Positions 49,405-62,803 of a DNA stretch of 64,000 nt are shown here, piece after piece. The stretch lies in NCBI GenBank assembly GCA_030704615.1, contig CM060733.1:9548001-9612000 (forward strand), read 5' to 3'. Under the pieces are notes generated by a model. It was not told where the DNA came from. It saw only the letters and a list, made by a program, of their open reading frames with translations, and did not search any database. Every line of letters begins with the position of its first letter. The stretch's first letter is position 1. This stretch comes from Takakia lepidozioides. Taxonomy: Eukaryota > Plantae > Bryophyta. The position numbers and the translations under genes are program-made.

Positions 49405-50838
49405 GGTGGCTAGTGACAGCCTAGTGGTTGGACTAGTGGTTGCACTAGTGGTGGCTAGTGGTTGTCTAGTGGCAGCCTAGTGGTGCACTAGTGGTGGACT
49501 AGTGATAGACTAGTGTTTGGTATGCACATATGTTGTGTGGTTTTGGATAACGATGTAGTTGTGTAGCGATATGTATGCGCACGACAGCTGTCAAGTTATT
49601 TTACCATTGGTGTGAAGTTAGCTAAGAAATAACTAACTTTTATATATTGACATTTGGGATTGACCCAAGTGTCAATCCAGGGGCCAATACATGTTTGGCA
49701 CCTGACGTTGTTATCTTCACGGCAGATCGTGGTGGGCTCATCTTTATCGAGTTGAGCCTCACCGCATTTAGCTATGGCGTCGTAGTGTGGATTCCCCATG
49801 GCGTGGAATGCACTTGGCTCGACTTAATATATGAGTGATGTTTTCATGTGCAAGTATGTGAGTTTGAGAGAGCTTGTGTGCTTGTATCATTCATTTCCTT
49901 ATCATTGTGATGGGCTAGTGGCAGCCTAATGATGGACTAGTGGCAGCCTAGTGGTGGACTAGTGGCTGCACTAGTGGTGGCTAGTGGCAGCCTAGTGGTG
50001 GACTAGTGGCTACACTGGTGGTGGCTAGTGGCAGCCTAGTGGTTGGACTAGTGGCTGCACTAGTGGTGGCTAGTGACAGCCTAGTGGTTGCACTAGTGGT
50101 TGCACTAGTGGTGACTAGTGGTTGTCTAGTGGCAGCCTAGTGGTGCACTAGTGGTAGACTAGTGATAGACTAGTGTTTGGTGTGCACATATGTTGTGTGG
50201 CTTTGGATAACGATGTAGTTGTGTAGCGATATGTATGCGCACGACAGCTGTCAAGTTATTTTACCATTGGTGTGAAGTTAGCTAAGAAATAACTAGCTTT
50301 TATATATTGACATTTGGGATTGATCCAAGTGTCAATCCAGGGGCCAATACATGTTTGGCACCTGACGTTGTTATCTTCACGGCAGATCGTGGTGGGCTCA
50401 TCTTTCTCGAGTTGAGCCTCACCGCGTTTAGCAATGGCGTCGTAGTGTGGATTCCCCATGGCGTGGGGTGCACTTGGCTCGACTTAATATATGAGTGATG
50501 TTTTAATGTGCAAGTATGTGAGTTTGAGAGAGCTTGTGTGCTTGTATCATTCATTTCCTTATCATTGTGATGGGCTAGTGGCAGCCTAGTGATGGACTAG
50601 TGGCTGCACTAGTGGTGACTAGTGGCAGCCTAGTGGTTGGACTAGTGGCTGCACTAGTGGTGGCTAGTGACAGCCTAGTGGTTGGACTAGTGGTTGCACT
50701 AGTGGTGACTAGTGGTTGTCTAGTGGCAGCCTAGTGGTGCACTAGTGGTGGATTAGTGATAGACTAGTGTTTGGTGTGCACATACGTAGTGGTTTTGGAC
50801 AGCGATGTAGTTGTGTAGCAATATGTATGCGCACGACA
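49405..50838. repeat. About 660-bp tandem array of alternating CTAGTGG-rich and 316-bp modules; the first module begins at 36492 and is split by the Ty3 insertion
   Basis: 316-bp module tgtcaagttatt...ttccttatca at 49589-49904 and 50249-50564. CTAGTGG module tgtgatgggctag...gcgcacgaca at 36492-36588 plus 49405-49586, 49906-50246 and 50566-50838. Confidence 0.9.
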
Positions 50839-53800
50839 TGGTTTTTCATAAAGCTGGCTACGGCCGATGTCTTCTTTCCTAAGGCCACATTAGTTTTTAT
50901 ACAAGGAAGTCTTGGTGCATAGGGCTTAAGTTAATAGTTAGAGAGACTATTTTTATTTTATTTTTTTGGGTGTGAACAGGGGCAAAGGCTCTGGATTAAT
51001 TTAATTATATAATTATTTGAAGGGAAAAATATGAAAACCCTTAAAGGCACAAGGCCGCCATAAGGCTCTAACGCACGGCAAGCTATGACGGATACCCCAA
51101 AGAACGTAGACTTATTTTGCATAGCAAAGGGTGAAACGACTGGAACGCATAATTCCATATACCAATACCAAGAAGGTATATCTATTCAACCTAGTGGCAG
51201 ATTCTAGGCTAAGCATGACCAATGTAACCACAGAAGTTACAGAACTGAGAGCTAGGAGGGGTAGGCACGTAGGCACCTCCATCATATCCTTGAGGTGTAA
51301 CAGATAGCCTGAAAGAGGATCAACAACAATCTACCTAAGGTATGAGAGCTTTGTCTTGGAAGCTCTAACGTGTTTCCAATTGATATCCACTTGTTAAATT
51401 CAGGGGAAGCGGAAGAGTAGGGTTCGTTGATGCTGAGGAGGGACCTGCTGCGGCCACTCAATGGAGTCTGGACCTGAGCAGGTACAGATGAGTCCCCCTC
51501 TCCCCCATGATGATCCAAATTGGCCGAGGAGGACTTGTTGCCGCTCGGGGTGTTTGTCAATGCTTGCACACACCTTCTTCCAAGCCAGCTTAGCTGCCTA
51601 TTTATATATGCAAAATTGCTGAAAAATGTTAATACATAGTGCTCGTACCGGCACTTTCCCCAGCAACTAGTGGCACCTCCGTGTTGACAAACTGACACTC
51701 AACCGGTCATGAACCTGTCTCTAACCCTCTCTCCACAAGGTATCCGGGTAGAGAACCTGATGCGGCTTATGGTTTGGAATACTAGGTTCCTAACATAGCC
51801 TGCACCTGCACCTGCATCCACCGCATGCACTCCTATGGTTGGCTGGTCATCACCTTCAACCTCACCATAGGAGAAACAAAGATGGTTTGACTGGTCATCA
51901 ACCCAGCCTCACCATCGACAGCATGCTCTAGGGTGGGATCGGCGATCAAGCCCGGGTCCACCACCTATAAAATCAAACGCCCACACAAAACTAGCATGGC
52001 GCACAATCAAGCATGCAGGTGTGGAGGGGATCCAAACACAAGAATAAAAACAACAACTCCCCCACACCAAAAATCTCTCCACAGTGTCGCTCCTGCAACC
52101 CAGCCCAAACCCGGACTGACTCTTGCCTCCATCTACGGAAAGGTCTCGGCCTACAGAGAAGGTGGAAAGCTACAAGGAAGGGAAGCTAAAGCAATGCCTA
52201 TCCCCAACACGCTCTCATCCCAACACCCTCTCTGATCCTCTCTTCTTTCACTTGCATGACCATGAGAGCATCCTGTAGACATTCCTCAAAACCGCCCTCC
52301 ACGAGCTCATAAAACTTGGCCTCCAAGGCCCCATGCAAGCCTCCACAGGGTCCGCCAGTGCCTCCTTACGTCCACCAGCCATTCCTCAGAATGGAACCAC
52401 CTCAGGAAACCACGCCGTTCACTGAAGGTTCAAAAATGGAGCAAATAGAGGTACATATAGGCCCCAACACATTCTGTCCAAAGGAATTACCTGCAGGTTG
52501 GTCTTCCCCATAGTTACGAACTGGGCTGAAAATCAGAAAAGATTACCTGTAGGGGAGTAATCCCTTTTGTTAAAACGCAACAGGGAGGCAATTCCGACTT
52601 TTCTGCCGGATCAGCTAGCTCAAAACCGTTGTTCTTCAGAGCCCAGCCTCCCCATCAAGGTCCCACGAAACGAGTGAAAAAAGATTTTATTTTATTTTAT
52701 TTTATTTTTTCACTCTGCCTGTTCGCGGCCTTCCGTGGCTCCAACCGCCACTACTCCTCACAGCCCACCCTAGGTGCTCGTTGGCCACGGGCTGCTCAGT
52801 GATACCCCGTGGTACCACTCCCACGAGCCTTCACGGCCCGCCATCCCCACGATCTAGTCACCGTGCCCACCCGTTGTGTCCGCACCACGACTTCCAACGG
52901 TCACGGTCAACGGTCACGGTCAACCATCACGACCTGGGCTCGTGGTATCTTGTGATACCGCCCCAACGGCCCATCACGACCACTATTCCCTGCGTTCCCT
53001 GGAACTCCCAACGAGTTCTCATGAGTTCCCGGGCATTCCCACGCGTTCCCGAGCTCTTCCCGAGCTGGGATTTGCTTCAGCACCTGCTACCGATGAGCTA
53101 TGGCTTCTGCGGAGCCATCAGCCCCGTCGCCCTGCACTCCTGAGCTCTCACGGCCCACTAGAAGCGTCCCCAACTCAACAAGCCAGCATTATGCTGCCCA
53201 ACAAGCTCCATTTTCTCCATGAAGCTTACAAAAACAAATCTGAAAATACACACCTTTACAACCTTGGTGTATCTGCAGTTCTCATGCATATCCCCTGGTT
53301 CTAAAGCGCCTCGTTGCTGCCCTTCCAGCCCCGCTCTTGCCACTCCAAAAGCCCTTACACTGCTGAGTTTCAGATTGAAACTCCAACTCAGCACATGCTT
53401 CACAAGTGCACTGATTTGCACACAAGATGGACCAGCCCCCTCTCTTCACTCATACCTCTTCATGAGCTTGGAGCTAAAGCTCCCAACGGGCTGCGATGCA
53501 TCCCCTCGCAGCTCCACCATTCGGCTGCTCCTCATCTACCCGCAACAACTTTCGGGCAGAAATACCTGGAGCTGATCATATCATCTCCAACCTGCAACAC
53601 GCTAGTTTCCCATGCGCAGCCCACATTTATGCAGCTCCTTAACTCGGCCTGCAGCTGAAGAAGACGGCCACTAGTTCACCCACTCGTGGCCAACATCTCC
53701 TCCGCTTCACACTAGAAGCCCAAACTTGGTTGCCATAGCATTGAGCTATGCAACGCCGCTTTTCAACATAGGCTACCCGCCTCTCTATCCATTGCAAACC

Positions 53801-53964
53801 TGCAACCTATTCGCCTTTGCACTCTATCTGCTTTGGATAGGCTCACGCACGGATCCCTGCACTCGAGGCTGAACCGCTTCTCCTAAAAACACAAGTACTA
53901 CAAAACAAGTACTACAACACAACTCAAACCTGGCACTCACAGACTCGAACTCATCTTTCTCGAG

Positions 53965-54551
53965 TGATAGGAAATGAATGATACAAGCACACAAGCTCTC
54001 TCAAACTCACATACTTGCACATGAAAACATCACTCATATATTAAGTCGAGTCAAGTGTACCCCACGCCATGGGGAATCCACACTACGACGCCATAGCTAG
54101 ACGCGGTGAGGCTCAACTCGAGAAAGGTGAGCCCACCGCAATTTGCCGTGAAGATAACAATGCCAGGTGCCCAAACATGTATGGGCCCCTGGATTGACAC
54201 TTGGGTCAATCCCAAATATCGCAGCTTCTGTTTGTTGTGGAAAGGTGGGTTTCCTGCCTACAGTTTCAATCAGTGTAGTGCCAAGATTGGGTTGACACTA
54301 CAGCATGATCCATGAAGTTCTCCCCCATGTCACAGCCTAGTGCCACCATCGGGGCAGATGGCTGCCTAAATTCATTTTCATCAGTGGGCACTTCAAATGG
54401 GTAACCGACATGGGTTTGGACACTAGAGAATCCCTTCTAGTCTCTTCTGCCAGGACTTGGCCTGTTTCACACAGTCTGTTCCCAAACTATAGAGATATAT
54501 AAAAAAGCTATTTCCTAGCTAACTTCACACCAGTGGTAAAATAACTTGACA
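53965..54551 (-). repeat. Inverted copy of the 316-bp module, interrupted by a LINE fragment
   Basis: Reverse complement of 49589-49904. The segment 54221-54494 resembles LINE sequence at about 5925-6260. Confidence 0.85.
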
Positions 54552-57500
54552 ACCATTTCATGACACTACAAATTGCCCCCTTTCAAGGGTGGGCCCTATG
54601 ATGGTATTGAATGTGCTATACCGAGGGTTGATTGTTGATTGATTATACCAGTTTGCATTTGTTGGTAATGATGGCTGAGAAGAATCGGACAATAGTGAGA
54701 TGAATATTTTTTAAGTCATTTTTTAAGCAAGTCGTGATAGCATGTATATGTAGGTTTGAGGTGGTCATGGTGGAATTTGATTTTTTGAATGTGCATACCT
54801 CCACTGATCATAGGCCTGTGAGCACCTTCTTGCGCAAGAAGGTCAACTGCTTCATTGCCACGATTATCGGTATATTGCAATGGATTTTAAATGAGGTGGA
54901 TGTGGCCCAGTAGTATGAGTGTCACTTCTATTGTCTTTGAGCAAGCTGCATTTATCAGTGTGATTGTCACGATACTCTGCCAATCCTCGTATCGTGATAA
55001 TCACACTGATAAATGCAAGCTAAGAAAGCTAGAGATATTAAGAAGGAGTAGAAAGAAGTGTTAAAGAAAGAGAGAGCGATAGAAAAGGCAAAGCAAAAAG
55101 CTAAGAGAGAAGCAGTCAAGGTGGAGAAAGCTCGTATCCTGGCTGAAAAAGCTAGATTGGTCACAGAGGCATTGACAAAATAAACAGAGAATGCTTGCAA
55201 TGTGCAATGCTCACTTCTGTAGTGGTAGATTATGGTGGATTTGTGCTAGCTAATGAAGATGAAGCGACATTTTGGACTCAGAGCAATTGTGCTGCAATTC
55301 GAAGAGTTTCTCTTACTTACACGAGATTCTAGGTTTTGTAACTACCCCTGATTCCGTCTGTCATACCTACAACTATTAGGGTCTTTGATGTGTCACATTC
55401 ACAGAGACTCTTCATCTCCAAGTGTCAAGTTCACAATTACTTAGTATCTCCATATGTGACACCATATCCATTCAGGCAATGGCCTTGGAGGCTCCAAATG
55501 TTCTCTTCTAAACTGTTAGATTTCATAAAATCAATGGCTCTAATAGGGCTTAGTATGGCTACCAATAGGATGTTTGGCATGACCATAATAGGGCATATAA
55601 TGCCAGAGATAGGCACTTAGGTGACCAACATAGGGAAAAATTGATATTTGTTGCCTTGAAAGTGTAACTTGGCAGTGATAGGGTCTTCTACCCTAGTATA
55701 GGGCTAGAAACTTTTATAACCTTCCAACTATTAGTACACAAGTATGCAGGTAGTACTACCTTGGCTTGTGGCAGCATGGTAGATGATATTTAGCGTAACG
55801 TCCTCTAGCAGACCCATCTGTATAATGACAGTGTACTGTGGTGGGAAAATTAAGTAGGGGTTCAGACTGGTAAGAAATGAATGTAACGTGACATGGCATG
55901 TTGATCATCGGTTTTACACATATTGGCCTTACTTGTTTCAATAACGTAATGTCGGCTACATGAATCCAGTTAGTGATCAATATCCATGGTAATCAATATT
56001 TGTAAATACCAAATGATTTTATGTGCATTAATTTGACATTAGTACCTATTCATTCCGACAACAATACTTGTTGTGTTGAATATCATAAAAAGGGTATCGA
56101 ACTAATCACGACTTTGGGAACAATGCTCGTTTGAAATGATAAGAAAATCATATAGCTCTATTTTGCTTAGGGTGGAAGCATGATAGGGTAGACTCGACCA
56201 ATAGTGTTCAAGATTTCTTTCATGACATGTATTAGCTTGTCTACAGTTGAGGTTTACAGAGCACTTGGAATAACCCAAATCAGAAATGTCGTGCCCCGGT
56301 CCAATGCCAACGCCTCTAGAGTATCATCTCACCAACTCGAAAAAAAAATTGGATCGAAAATCCAGAAGTGGATTAAAGTGGCATGGATAAAAAAAAAAAC
56401 CATTCAACTGTTTCCTTGACAAACTAAGAAGTCCGTAGAAATGGTCAATAAACCTCTCATGCGCTCCCTTCACTCAAGTTCAAAAGTTATATCCAAAGAT
56501 GGTTTAACAACTGGACAACTCTGAGTTGTTGGAAAGTTGGTTATCATTCGGTGCTAGGGGAGTCAGACCTACGGAATCCTTTATATACCGCAAAATATCC
56601 ATTATAAGACTACGTATTATTTGTCCTGAGACATAGAATCTTTATCCCAAGCCATGGCATATTATCCTAGGCAAATAGAATCATTATCCCCAGCCACGAA
56701 ATCTTTGTTGTGCTCGACATGTAATCTTTATCCTACAACCATCTACAATGCGATGTTCAGAGGATCGGATCATGTAGCAGTTTTCAGCTTCTTGTGTGAG
56801 ACCTTTATGCTATCAAGGGCTTCAAATATAATTCTCCTTGAATTTGAGGGCCTATGATGAGTAACAAATTTTCTTATTGAAATTTTAGAATTAATTTTAT
56901 CACACATGTCACTTGATTTTGACTTTGTAACATTCTCAAGAAAATTTACTCAAAAACTTGGTTGGTTTTCATGATGATATTGAGTTTTCTTTAAAAAAAT
57001 GTTGGATCTTTATATGTGTTTTTTTCTTGGCGAAAATCCGCCAAATGGCGACCTCAAATAAGTAAAATGGAATATTTTGTCGTAAATTCCCAATTTTTTC
57101 ATGGATGAAATCGCCAAACTTCTACAAACAAATAGTAATGGATGATGAATTCGTCAAATACGCATGATATAAATGGATGAAAGTACATAGGAGGATGATT
57201 CTATCCAAATTTCAATGGATGAACATAATATATAGCTATTTCTAGTAAAACTTAATAGCCACTCGTGCCATTTTAAATTTTTTTAAAAATAATCACTGAT
57301 CACTATCGATAATATTGAATCTAGTTTTTTAGTTAAAAGAAAGTTTTCAGCTACTCCAACTACATCTTATTCTATAAATGTTCCTAATGTTCAATTAGCT
57401 ACTCCTAACTGATAGTGTAGCGAAATGATTGCCATGGAGGAATCGAATGTGCTAAGTTAGATTCACATGGTTTTGCGGCTTTTTGGTGGTACTGTTGCAC

Positions 57501-60067
57501 CTGCAGTTTTCAATGAAGATGTTACTCCCGCTGTTGATACACTGGTTCTTGTAGTTTTGCATTTAGCATCAGCTCCACTTGATTCTTTGGCATGAAGTTA
57601 ACTCGTGTAGCTCTTTCGAGGAAGTGACATTGATTACTGCAATTTCCCTTCTGTCCGATGTAATTTGTTTCAAGTCTACAACATCTTCAAAAACAGGAGG
57701 AGAGTTGTGGTCGGGAAGGTACGAAGGTACCTCCAATGCAAAGGAAAAATTAGGTCAGGTTCTTACCAGGTTTCCAATGTAGTTCTTGTATTTCACATTG
57801 TCACATTCATGTTCAAGTGCATGCGGCGTGTCCCTTATTGGTTCAGATGATGATGGACAACCATACCAAGAATTACACCCTGATTGTTGGAAGTTCTCAA
57901 TCAGGTTCAAATAAGTTCAAACATCGTAGTCTATGACTTTGGAACCGACTGCTGTAGCACAAGTGATAAATTTGATTATTGGTGGTCAGATGTTATCGTG
58001 GCCGGAATAGCTAGGATTCTTTGAATCACAATGTTTGATTTTTTCTGATGTTCAAGATGAAAATATGATATAGCCATGTTTATTCAGAATTTGTTTTGAA
58101 GCACTGGACATTGTCCACAAACACACTATACATAATGTGGGGAACATAGTGGGGGATCCCAGATTTATCACGGACGCATCTGAATCTGACCTTTTCAAAT
58201 GCAAACGCTCCTTGAAAATAGTAATCTTAGTTATGAAAATGGATATGACTTTTAGGCTTTTAGGCTTTAATCTTCCACTGTCTTGAGAAAATTTCTATAG
58301 ACATACTCTTGAAAGTGATTCGCACTTCTAGCAAAGCTGCATCCACTATAAGCAAATTACCCCCAATAATACATTAATGTTGCAAAGGAGATACTACAAA
58401 ATTAGTCTCCTTCATTTGTCAATAAATATAACATCTTAAACGAGATTTGCCAATATTCAAAGCTTCGACTTTGAAGACACTTGTGATTTGTAAAATGATC
58501 AATGATTGTGAATGCATCAAACTCAACCGATCATGTGATGTAGGTTTGAAAATATTACATAATTGCGTAGTTATACTATGTAGTATATCCCAACTCTAAA
58601 TCTAACCCAGACATGATGTAAATGGAAACTAAACATATACCACATTCTGTATACAACCTTGAAAACAACCTCCCGACATGATTATATATTTCATGGAGAA
58701 ACTGCAATATAACTCTCCAACTTTAAGGTCTTGCAAATGATAAGCATGGTATAAAAAAAGGTAACGGTCAATTCAAATGCTGACACGACAGCTACAATTG
58801 CCATAAATAGAAAAGGTCAAAAAACAATATTAGAGATTAATATGATAGACAAATATAATACTTACATACTAAGGGTTTGGCTGCAGTGGGGGATTACGAG
58901 CTAGAATCGGCTAGCTAACCTCCCAAATTTTGCTCAACGGGGGCTGCAGATGGGATCTCCAACACGGATATTACAGATCATGTTGGGGGCATGTCGGCTA
59001 TTGACTTATTGGAGTTTTGGTCAACACATAAGGGTTTACAAATACAAAAAGAGCTCCATTCGGGGTGGTTTTAAAATATCAATATGTGTTCTCCCTTTCC
59101 TTATCTCTACTTAGGTAGCTATTGGCCGCCATGCCATAAGCCTCCCTACAACAACCTTATTGAGCATATCCACTAATCAGCTACAGCAGTGTCTAACTAT
59201 ATGAAGTATGCTAAATCAGCTAATTCTGACGACCCAATTGCATCAAGACAGTCTTCCGACGACTTGCGATGCTTGCTTGGAGTTTAATCTTCATTTCATC
59301 ATTGTATGGAGTAGACATAGTGCCCTTCGCAAGCTTCCGCTCCAACTGATCCAGAACCTACAATATAATCTCACTTACAACCAAAATGAACAATTCCAAA
59401 GTCAAATCTACTGATTGCATGTAAAACAATATGATGCAATATCTTATTGGATGTCTTGCCCTACCTTATTGGATGTCTAGTTTTATTCATCTCGAAGCTG
59501 ACAGTGTCTTGAAATCTCTTGAGGCAAGAGGTCACACCATTTCCCTTCAAGCCCACTTTTGTCTATAAAACAATATCATTGCACATTAGTGTTCACTGAC
59601 GGTATATTTTGTATAGCCCTACCGAAGGTATCATAATAGTGTCTCCCTTTATGATAGTAAATTTGATTACGCAATTGAGAAAATGAGTTTCTTTAAAGAT
59701 CTCGCTAAGTAACCAAACACCTTCTTCTTCATAATCGTCATTAGGATCCTCTAAGATGGTTGGCATATCAATTCCAAGCCCATAAATGCTAGGCGTGCCA
59801 TACACTCCATCTTTCGTAGGAGGTCCAAATATTGTCCAATGATTTCATATCCTTTGGACAAAATGAAGTCATTAGGAGGTTGAGGTGAAGATGTAGATGA
59901 AGGATGTTGTTGCAAGCTCAACTGCATTCAGATATTGGCTTGTAGGATACAATGTTCTAGCTTCAGCTGTACAACCATCCTACTTGAAAAATGATAAGCT
60001 TCTAGAGTTCCTATCCCTTTTTGATTGCCCCTACCTATAAACTCTAACACATATCACGTTTCATCCC

Positions 60068-60802
60068 CTAATTTGGGGGCATATCCGACACTTTGTTAGG
60101 GTGGTGAAAAATATTGAAGGTAGAAATCGCAGCTATAAATCCAATGGCAAGAAAACCAGCCACACTGGTTGCAATTGATATCTCCACCCTTTCTGGTAAC
60201 CACTCTGCAAATGGTACACATTTTGTGGCAATATATCCGGTTTCAGCAGATGCCATTCCATTGCTAGAAGCAAGTATTAGGCAAGTATGCCGTTAGTTGA
60301 TCCAATATAAATGTCACAACTAGGACATCTTGCGCAAATGATGTATCTTGCTTTGTCCCCAAACTCAACAATGAGATTACGAGTTGCAAAATAGTACATC
60401 CAGCCACGACAACATTGATATAAAAATGAAATTTGTATTTTCACAATTGAAATTAGTACATCCTTGAAGATGGACAAACATACAATCATTATATAAAACT
60501 ACATAACCAAGCATTAATTATCCAAACAACATATGCATACAAATTTAATTCAAACAATTTTACGACTTTCATGTAAAGTGTGAGAGAGAAGATCAACTCA
60601 CTTGAGTGCCAAGATGCCCATGTACTTGGACTCTACCTCCACTATTGTCAAATTAATTGACGTAGGTCCGAAATGCACTCTGTTCTGATGTGACCATGTA
60701 GTATGCAGCTGTTATAGTCAATCCAAGAGCAGCCAGTCGCAATATAAATTGCAACACCTTTACCCGTATCACCTCCTTGCTAAAATGTGTTTGGGTAGCC
60801 AT
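60068..60802 (-). pseudogene. CASP-like (CASPL) membrane protein pseudogene
   Basis: FILRLAALGLTITAAYYMVTSEQ (TM1 with conserved R), ESKYMGILALK before a gtgagt donor, FILDQLTAYL (TM3 Asp), SAETGYIA...W and ISIATSVAGF...AISTFNIF. At least two frameshifts and loss of the Cys loop. Confidence 0.72.
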
Positions 60803-61425
60803 TAGATGAGTTGCCAGTACGGCTACTTCTTCCACAAAGGTTATAGTTACACAAAACACTAATTAGAGATAAAACGTTTGACTAGAAACTTGAAAGCACA
60901 CGCACACTCTTTCATAAACCAGCTCAAGGTTTGAGATGCATAAAACACAAACAGAATTGTGAGAGACTAATTGTTGTGGATGAACTTATATACTAATTAC
61001 CCTTTACTTTCTTCCAAACTTTTATTAAATTTGGCTTGAACCTGTTAAACTTTTTTTTCAGTTGCACATCCCGCCTACTAAATTCAAAATATCTCTTTGA
61101 CCTTCCCACTTTTGGAATGAAAAAAATAATTTTATTTTTTTCTTCTTTCAATAAGTATAAATGAAGTTCAGGGCCTTTTCCTGTTTTTCAAGGTGGGGGA
61201 AAAAAAAAAACCATCTACTAGATATTTACTAAAAGTTAAGGTGATCGTATTTATAAAAAATGTCTCTTAGATCTAATTATACAATTTTTTTCAAATGCAC
61301 TTATTTTCTCAAAAAACTTAATATCTTGAGCTCAGCACACTATAATAACTTTCCTAATTATGTCAATACAAAACCATTTGTTTTTCAGAGTAACGTCCCA
61401 AGAAGCTGCAAGACGATATACACGG

Positions 61426-61734
61426 CTACTTCTCAATAAGTGTGTCGAGCATTTTTAGAACATTATGTTCTACATATCTTTCCTTGTTTTGAAATTCTCC
61501 AACACCTCCACCACGACCTCTGCCTCCTCTTCCTCTACGAACTACATTGCCTCGTCCTCGGCCACCATTGCTCTCTGGGAATTGGCGTGGCCACACCTTA
61601 GGATGCAAGTCATAACAATGGGCTTCTCCATGCCCATACTTGCCACAAATGCCCACACTACAACTCTGTAGGCTGTGCTTATGCCAACCCTTTGCCTCTC
61701 TCTGGACAATTCTTCTTAACATGGGGTCCTCCAC
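61426..61734 (-). pseudogene. Retrotransposon gag zinc-knuckle remnant
   Basis: GICGKYGHGEAHCYDLHP followed by an RGG-rich tract. Isolated and degenerate. Confidence 0.45.
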
Positions 61735-62803
61735 AAAAATATAGTTCCATCAATGTTTTCTATTGCTTGTATTAATGCCTCGAACTTGTGGTTTGTAGGA
61801 TTGATGTTCTACCTCAAGTGTGCGAAACAAATATTCTAATTTTAGATCCAAATGAGGGGATGAAATAAATTATAACATCATAGATACTTTGGACAATGGA
61901 ATTTTGAATGTGTATTGTATCATCAATAAAATTCATCAAAAGTTAGATGATTATTAACCGTTGAACATCATCAACTCATGCATATAACTATTGCTTGCAC
62001 AATGATCATAGAATATTGGGTTAAGAGTTGAAAAGCCATTGTACATTGGAGGCAATCTCTTCAAGTGTGAGTGGAACCAATGACCATAAATTATTCATGA
62101 CATGATTTCACAATATACTTGTTGAATTATCTATCTCATCTCATTTCTCAAGTTGTCCAATAATTGAGTAAACCAAAAATATCCCAAGGAGAGACATACA
62201 CAAACAAAAAATTCAAGAAAAAATACGATCAAAACATTAGAAAAATAAAACCGTACATTAACATAAATGAAATACATCAAAAGTTATATAGGCTATGTGA
62301 CTTTGCACTCTAGACCTCTCCAACTACTCTCAATGAATTGGCTCTCCTACAACCAACTCCCCCATTGTCCATAGCTGCACAATGGTGAAAAGGTAGAAAA
62401 AATGCATCACCTTAAACGCGTTAGTACATATGTTTAGTGTGTTCCTCTTTAGATTACATTTGTTGTGCAAAGTATCTGGACTAACACCATACCCTGCCAT
62501 CCAATTTACCAAAAACAGAAAGAACAATAATTTTTTCAGGAATACATGCAAAATTGAAGATTTTATTGGAAGCTATGTGTCCATTGGTTTTGCAGCTAGG
62601 CTATCAAATCCAAAAAACTCTCAAGTGGTAATTATGAGTAGGTCTCTCGTCTCTGGGTTCGTCCCTCATCGTATGGTGTGTGTGATCCTTGAAGCTGGAT
62701 GGTCGTTTCGTACACTGAGGAGCCGGGTGGTGAAAGTGTCTGTTGCATCGGATCCATGTGCAAGGTTCGCGTTTTATGAAAATCTGTTGCTTGTACTTTC
62801 GGG

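Noticed and set aside
49405-50838. CRISPR array
   Set aside because: Eukaryotic context, 10-12-bp degenerate units, no unique spacers and no cas genes.
51200-53960. GC-richer segment with several overlapping ORFs next to the inverted module
   Set aside because: It may be retroelement internal sequence, but I found no identifiable motif, PBS or domain.
54967-59900. Short ORFs and a K/E/A-rich stretch (55010-55180) in the AT-rich region
   Set aside because: No recognisable domain or consistent exon structure; probably decayed repeats.
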